From Candidatus Poribacteria bacterium (GTDB lineage Bacteria; Poribacteria; WGA-4E; WGA-3G): a DNA stretch of 64,000 bases. The position numbers and the translations under genes were made by a program. The notes beneath the pieces were generated by a model, which was not told the DNA's origin, searched no databases, and saw only the letters and a program-made list of their open reading frames with translations. The stretch spans positions 2,144,001-2,208,000 of the forward strand of contig CBDANF010000003.1 in assembly GCA_965197475.1 (NCBI GenBank), in the 5' to 3' direction. Below, in pieces: positions 60,301 through 64,000 of the stretch. Positions within the stretch are counted from its first letter, which is position 1; every line of letters starts with the position of its first letter.

Positions 60301-63260
60301 TTATTCGTCCCAAGATGTAAGAATGTAAGTGCTGTTAAACCTTGGAGAGGTGTGATGTCAACAATCTTTTGGGTATACCAGAGATTCAAACTTGTAAGTG
60401 CCGTCAGATTTTGGAGGGGTGTGATGTTACTGATTCCATTAAACGAGAGATCTAAATACGTGAGTTTTGTTAAACTTTGCAGGGAGGTTATGTCCGTGAT
60501 ACCGTTTCTTCCAAGGTCTAAGTGTGTAAGTTCTGTTAAACCTTGGAGCGGTGTGATGTTGCTACTGGAATTCTGATGAAGATCTAACCACGTGAGTTTC
60601 GTCAGATTTTGGAGTGACGTGGTGTTCCGAACCTGATTATACTTAAGATCTAAGTTCGTGAGTTTTGTTAGTTTCGCAATTGGTGTTATGTCACTAATTT
60701 GGTTCCTACCAAGGTTTAAGTGTGTGAGTTCTGTTGCATGCTCCAATCCTGTCAGATTTTGTATATTTCGTTGATCACTATTTAATGTTGTTAATCCTTC
60801 CAGTGCTTTTTGTGTGAGGGATTCACTTTGTTGTAATCCGATTGCGGAACGCACAGCGGCGCGTAAATTCGCATCCGGCATCCAAGATACTGCTTCCAAC
60901 AAAACAGAAATAGTGAAAGTCCGCTTTCCTGTGAGGGTGCCATCGCTTGCGGTTACCGTAATGGTTGCACTCCCTGCACTTTTAGCAGTGATTGTCACTT
61001 GTGAACCAGAAGCGGTCGCCGTGGCGATACTGTTATTACTGGAATTCACACTATAGGTCAACGTATCGTTATTTGTATCTGTGAAGTAGGCGGAAACATT
61101 TAGAGTATTTGGTGCTCCCACATTCAACGTCTGTGCTGGAATTGTTCCTCGCGCACGAGGCGCGACATTTCTAATCGTTATTTGAATAGGATTGGAGCAG
61201 TTATTGTCTGCATCAATTTCATTTGCCAGAGTATCTACGCAGACAAAGCAGTAGAAAACGCCTGAGGTATAAGGCGAGCGGATCGTTGCAGACTGCGCGT
61301 TAGTTGACGCACCAGAATTGATAGCACTTATGCTGACTGTTTGAACTTCAGAATCATCTAATTCAGAAAAGGTTTGGTCAGTGGAGATATAGTAACGGGC
61401 TGTTGTCGCAGCTGCAGTGCTTGTCCCCTGATTTCTGATGGTGGCATTCAGTGTAAAAGTTCCGTTAGGATTGATACTGCCTGTCTGTCCTAATAAATCT
61501 GCCGAAACTGATTCAACAACCAAGTCAGCACCGCGAACACTGATTAAGAGAAAGTTAGAGTAGTTATTATTCGTATCATCTTCATCTGTCACACTGTCCA
61601 CGTACGCATAGTAATAGTATTGTCCCGGCTGACTCGGCGCACGGACACCGTGATCCTCGTCGCCTGAACTACCTTGATTTAGACTCCTGACAGAATCTGT
61701 GGCGATTAATTGATCGTCCGATGAAACTGCTGCATCCGTGGAACGATAGTAACGTAACGTTGTAGAATTTGACGCATCTGCCGCGCCTTGATTTTGGACA
61801 GTGGCTACCAAATCAATATATTCATTCGGCTCAACGAGGCTACTGTTTGATGAAAGCGAAACAACCAAGTCAGGCGAACCCGTAACTTCAACGGGGGTTG
61901 TCGTAGCACGCACAGTAATAGCAACAGCTGCAGAGCAATTATTATCCTCATCACTCTCATTATCTACATCCGACACACATGCACCGTAATAGTAGACACC
62001 CGGAGTAGTCGGTGCCGTCAGACTGACGGATTCATTGCCTGTTTCATCTGTATCTAATCTGGACACAGTGTCATCGCCTACCCATCTGTCACTTGTTGAT
62101 ATACGTGCATCGGATGAGCGGTAATAATCCAGATCAGCAGAAGATGTCGGCTCACCTAATCCTTGATTACGGATAGTGGCTTTCAGCGTAAATGACTCAC
62201 CAGGGTCAAGGGTCGTTCTATTATTGCTCAGTCTAATGGATTCAACGATATAGTCCGGAGAACCGACAACCCGAACCCGTTCCTCGCGGGCGAAGTGATT
62301 TCCAAAAAAATCATCAATATCAATATCTTGGACGTAATCTGTTGTATGGACATTAGATGTTAATATAGCACCATAATAGTATCTATCAGGTGTCATAGGT
62401 GCATCTACTGTGCGTGTCAACGTTATGTCCTCATCTTCTTGTAAGGCAGGCACGCGAAGCGTCCAACCGCCTCGTAAATCACGTTCTTCACGTAATTCCT
62501 CAAGGTCATCGTTACGCCTACCTGAATGATAGTAAAAAGAAACTTCTGTCGCAGCAGACTCGCCGGGACCGTTGTTGCGAATCTCAACTTCTAACTCAAT
62601 TTCTTCCCCTGGACCGACCTCATCATCATCAACATTAAGGTCTCTAATTTCCAGGTCCGGCGGACGGCGTAATAATACCTGGACACCCCAAATAGCTTCT
62701 GCACTCCATCCTTCTAAATTTCTGGAATCCCACTCTATTTTCCACCATCTGTGATTTTCGGTATCTTGAGGACCGTCTATGATAATCCCGGTGTAATCTC
62801 TGTATACATCACCTATATCCCTATAGTTAGTTCCGGGTCCTGTTCTAACATTAAGATTACCAGTAAGTTTTTCACCAGCAATCACAGAAGATCCCACTCT
62901 AAGTCCCTCAGCGCGAGGGTTGCTTACGACAGAGGGATTCCATTCCGGATCAGTGTTTATGGGACGAAAGATAACAGCACCGGTTTGTCTCACTGAAACA
63001 GAGATAGTCTGGACTGCGGTTAAGCCTGTTACTGTATCGCTTGCTGTGACGACTACTGTCGCGACACCTGGTGATACAGGTCTAATCGTGACTCGCGAAC
63101 CGGAAACAGATGCAGTTGCGATACTGCTGGGATTTGACTCTATCTCATAAGTAAGGTTATTTTCTGAAGAGAAGTATGGTGCAACGTCTACAGTTTGAGA
63201 ACTACCGCCCAACGTCAAGTCTTGATGAGGGATCGCACCTTCAGGCAACGGGGGCGACAA
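54369..63260 (-). CDS. Giant surface protein (cadherin/Ig-like, SH3b, CARDB-like, four LRR blocks, C-terminal FlgD-Ig/T9SS-CTD-like domain); probably the 3' part of a frameshifted gene
   Basis: LNVRTGPGTNY; PDL/PDY...N.G repeats; N.AP..VG.I repeats; four PD.xLR-capped LRR arrays; LLPNYPNPFNPETWIPYQL; no signal peptide at the TTG start. Confidence 0.88.
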   Translation of the reverse strand: MSPPLPEGAIPHQDLTLGGSSQTVDVAPYFSSENNLTYEIESNPSSIATASVSGSRVTIRPVSPGVATVVVTASDTVTGLTAVQTISVSVRQTGAVIFRPINTDPEWNPSVVSNPRAEGLRVGSSVIAGEKLTGNLNVRTGPGTNYRDIGDVYRDYTGIIIDGPQDTENHRWWKIEWDSRNLEGWSAEAIWGVQVLLRRPPDLEIRDLNVDDDEVGPGEEIELEVEIRNNGPGESAATEVSFYYHSGRRNDDLEELREERDLRGGWTLRVPALQEDEDITLTRTVDAPMTPDRYYYGAILTSNVHTTDYVQDIDIDDFFGNHFAREERVRVVGSPDYIVESIRLSNNRTTLDPGESFTLKATIRNQGLGEPTSSADLDYYRSSDARISTSDRWVGDDTVSRLDTDETGNESVSLTAPTTPGVYYYGACVSDVDNESDEDNNCSAAVAITVRATTTPVEVTGSPDLVVSLSSNSSLVEPNEYIDLVATVQNQGAADASNSTTLRYYRSTDAAVSSDDQLIATDSVRSLNQGSSGDEDHGVRAPSQPGQYYYYAYVDSVTDEDDTNNNYSNFLLISVRGADLVVESVSADLLGQTGSINPNGTFTLNATIRNQGTSTAAATTARYYISTDQTFSELDDSEVQTVSISAINSGASTNAQSATIRSPYTSGVFYCFVCVDTLANEIDADNNCSNPIQITIRNVAPRARGTIPAQTLNVGAPNTLNVSAYFTDTNNDTLTYSVNSSNNSIATATASGSQVTITAKSAGSATITVTASDGTLTGKRTFTISVLLEAVSWMPDANLRAAVRSAIGLQQSESLTQKALEGLTTLNSDQRNIQNLTGLEHATELTHLNLGRNQISDITPIAKLTKLTNLDLKYNQVRNTTSLQNLTKLTWLDLHQNSSSNITPLQGLTELTHLDLGRNGITDITSLQSLTKLTYLDLSFNGISNITPLQNLTALTSLNLWYTQKIVDITPLQGLTALTFLHLGTNKIVDIEPLKNLISLTSLNLTDNQIKDVMPLENLAALRFLYLKYNPIADFAPLRNLKTKNPAMSIDIDIPEVSNNAPVAIGTISDRTLAVNDSAIVIDVSSNFNDPDDDTLTYTASSSNTSVVRVNVSGSQITITPMSAGNAKITITANDGESTATQTISITVTAAPVVNRAPFTVGAISSRTLTEGDSSIQIDVSGNFQDPDNDTLTYSVNSNNTSVATASVSGSQITITPMSAGNAKITITANDGELTATQTISITVTAAPVVNRAPFTVGAISSRTLTEGDSSIQIDVSGNFQDPDNDTLTYSVNSNNTSVATASVSGSQVTITPVAAGSATITVAASDGELIASQTITISVTPVVNRAPFTVGAISSRTLTEGDSSIQIDVSGNFQDPDNDTLTYSVNSNNTSVATASVSGSQITITPVAAGSATITVAASDGELTATQTIAISVTNVPAANQSPVPVSTIPVQNFTTDDDAKTLPMELYFNDPENNALTYTATSNNTTVATASITGNQLTITPVNAGSATITVVASDGELTASQTIAISVTNVPVANQPPVPVSTIPAQHFTTDDDAKTLPMELYFNDPENNALTYTATSNNTTVATASIIGNQLTITPVNAGIATITVVASDGEFTATQLISVSVTTPVAEAAWIPDANLRAAVLSTLGLQSGVALTQDAMTGLTRLNASNRQISDLTGLERATNLRQLYLNGNQISDISALQNLTALTTLVIENNQVSDVTPLNQLTALTNLDVSHNQISDISAFQNLTALTSLDLTTNQINDVTPLQNLSTLTSIHLGTNQINSITPLGSLTALTFLSLNRNSITDISSLADLTNLGHLSIGYNQISDITSIQNLTQLTALYFHDNQISDITPLQNLTNLTNLGLQRNHISDVTSLESLTSLRTLSLIGNPISDLSPLSRLKLQNPNVAIDISIPEIENTVVAVGTIPSQTLTTGGTTRSINVAQYFNVSPDSIVLTYDATSDNTAVATVSVSGSVVTITQVAAGSAIVTVEANHDTLTATQRISVSVITDVTEETWMPDPILRSAVRSALSLQEDDDLTQQAMESLTRLVAQQKQIKDLTGLEYAANLKTLYLWDNQISNLSPLEDLTSLTQLNLSDNQISDISSLEDLTALTWLVASDNEISDLTPLEDLTALTTLSVDGNEISDISSLEDLTALNNLSLTGNQISSITPLEDMSALTRLHINETGISDLSPLEDLTALTQLNAWGNSISDISPLEDLTALTTLRFRNNQISDLSPLEDLTALTHLDLENNQVSDVSSLENLTALTRLYLSGNSITDYGPLRRLKVANPNVNIDITIPSEPTPNRAPVAVGTITSQTLTVGGSSVTVDVSGNFSDADNDTLTYTANSGDTGVATVSVSGAVVTITPVAAGSATITVTASDSALTATQTISVTVSAGQVTNQAPTAVGTISDQSVTVGGSAATVDVSSKFNDPDNDNLTYTASSSDTSIATVSVSGAVVTITPVAAGSATITITASDGTLTGTQTISVTVNAAVPEETLMPDANLRAAVRASLRLVEGDVLIQSAIAKLTLFNAPASQISDLTGLEYATSLTTLNLSGNQISDISALEKLTTLTTLYLSNNQISDISALEDLTTLTALYLSNNQISGISALEDLTALTSLRLDENQISDISALEDLTALTTLYLSNNQISDISALEDLTALTTLYLSNNQISDISALEDLTTLTWLYLSNNQISDISALEDLTALTWLYLSDNQISGISALEDLTALTTLRGWNNQISDISALEDLTALTTLLLSNNQISDISALEDLTALTTLSLDSNQISDIRPLKDLKSVQILSLQQNQISDVSPLESLTSLSFVSLFGNSITDFAPLRRLKAANPDVSISGVDITTDPNNAPSAQATPTETVLLPNYPNPFNPETWIPYQLAKPADVALTFYNVQGVVVRRLSLGHRSAGVYYSRSRAAHWDGKNDLGEKVAAGLYFVKFKAGDWTKIRKMLIRK
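54900..55590 (-). repeat. Coding 66-bp tandem repeat (about 10-11 LRR units)
   Basis: Near-constant AATCAGATTAGTGACATCAGTGCGCTTGAAGATTTGACC plus a short variable segment per unit. Confidence 0.95.
58380..60080 (-). repeat. Coding 282-288-bp tandem repeats (about six Ig-like units)
   Basis: Near-identical units at 59221, 59503 and 59791, and at 58573 and 58861. Confidence 0.92.
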
Positions 63261-64000
63261 AAGTGGTGCAAAAAATCCTGCCTGTTCAAGAGCTGCTCGG
63301 GATTGTTTTTTCCCTCCGCTATACGGGCAAGGGTATTTTTCTTAATCTCCTCCTCACCTTTCTCAGCTAAGTCCAGCAATTGCTGTCTATGTTCCTCAAT
63401 TGTATCAATGGCATTGTTTGTTTCAATAGTTGATATGACTAACGATGTTATAACACCAGCACTCTGTATTCCCGTTGTTGATGACGCAATTTGGCCGGCA
63501 GCTATGCTACCGGATCGATCTACCAAGCGATCACTTAAATCAGGTGCCTGGAGATAGTTATTCACGAGTTCGTAAGTAAGCAAATGGTACTGGACCATAT
63601 AGTCGTAACCCTTCCACGTTTCGTTTATATCATCAATTGAAATGGTAATGCTTGGCGTTTCGTAAGATGTCCTACGCTGACGAATTAAACTCTCTAAGTT
63701 TGTTGTCACTCTTCCACAAATTATAGCAAGCTTGCCCGCAAATATTAACAACTGATATTCAGGTTCAAGTGGTCTTGCTGTATTAATTGCTGATACAATT
63801 ACGCCGACTACACTTGTGAGTGAGAAACCACTAATTGCGGAACCAAGAGCACTAATTGCACCACCAAAAATCATGTCTCCCAATTGTGTTAGATTTAGGT
63901 TAATTAGCGCAGTTTTGGCAATGCCTCTAACTACCTGCTCCCAATCCTCTAAAGGTATTTCAGGAGAATAATAAGTCCTAATAACCCACAACAGTTTTGA
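63215..64000 (-). CDS. Helical hypothetical ORF, open to the window end; probable N-terminal part of the giant protein
   Basis: Frame open to 64000; overlaps the giant ORF in the -1 frame across GGGAAAAAAC near 63305-63314. Confidence 0.7.
   Translation of the reverse strand, partial: SKLLWVIRTYYSPEIPLEDWEQVVRGIAKTALINLNLTQLGDMIFGGAISALGSAISGFSLTSVVGVIVSAINTARPLEPEYQLLIFAGKLAIICGRVTTNLESLIRQRRTSYETPSITISIDDINETWKGYDYMVQYHLLTYELVNNYLQAPDLSDRLVDRSGSIAAGQIASSTTGIQSAGVITSLVISTIETNNAIDTIEEHRQQLLDLAEKGEEEIKKNTLARIAEGKNNPEQLLNRQDFLHHFCRPRCLKVRSLIKT

Noticed and set aside
1-64000. tRNA, rRNA, riboswitch or prophage
   Set aside because: None recognised by eye; a tRNAscan-SE and Infernal/Rfam scan would be needed to exclude small RNAs

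Overview
A 64-kb stretch of bacterial chromosome. Its gene style is typical of Candidatus Poribacteria (inference): WD40 proteins starting YTQxxLPEGAKARLGKG, LamG and LRR proteins ending GKxxxTWGxLK, and a C-terminal LLPNYPNPFNPETWIPYQL domain. Housekeeping genes are ftsY, holB, tmk, thrB, purN, fdhD, nagA, clpB and an ABC-F ATPase. Other genes include an alpha-2-macroglobulin/PBP1C operon, sugar and polyol oxidoreductases, many TPR/WD40/LRR/LamG repeat proteins, two ECF sigma modules, an orphan DNA methyltransferase and a giant LRR/Ig surface protein. There are three decayed IS elements and many intergenic MITEs and REPs. Most notable: (1) a porin-like beta-barrel with two CxxCH haem motifs, one N-terminal and one in a predicted first loop, near a cytochrome P460 lipoprotein; (2) an ECF/anti-sigma operon with two duplicated, TonB-like-anchored double-VWA proteins; (3) a MarR-rubrerythrin-like fusion with a palindromic operator upstream of an ECF sigma; (4) consensus sigma54 promoters before the A2M operon and clpB; (5) REP hairpins nested inside unrelated MITE shells; (6) a homogenised 66-bp LRR array that varies mainly at binding-face codons. 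Three frameshifts are all single-base deletions at short runs and may be assembly errors. No rRNA, tRNA or CRISPR array was seen.
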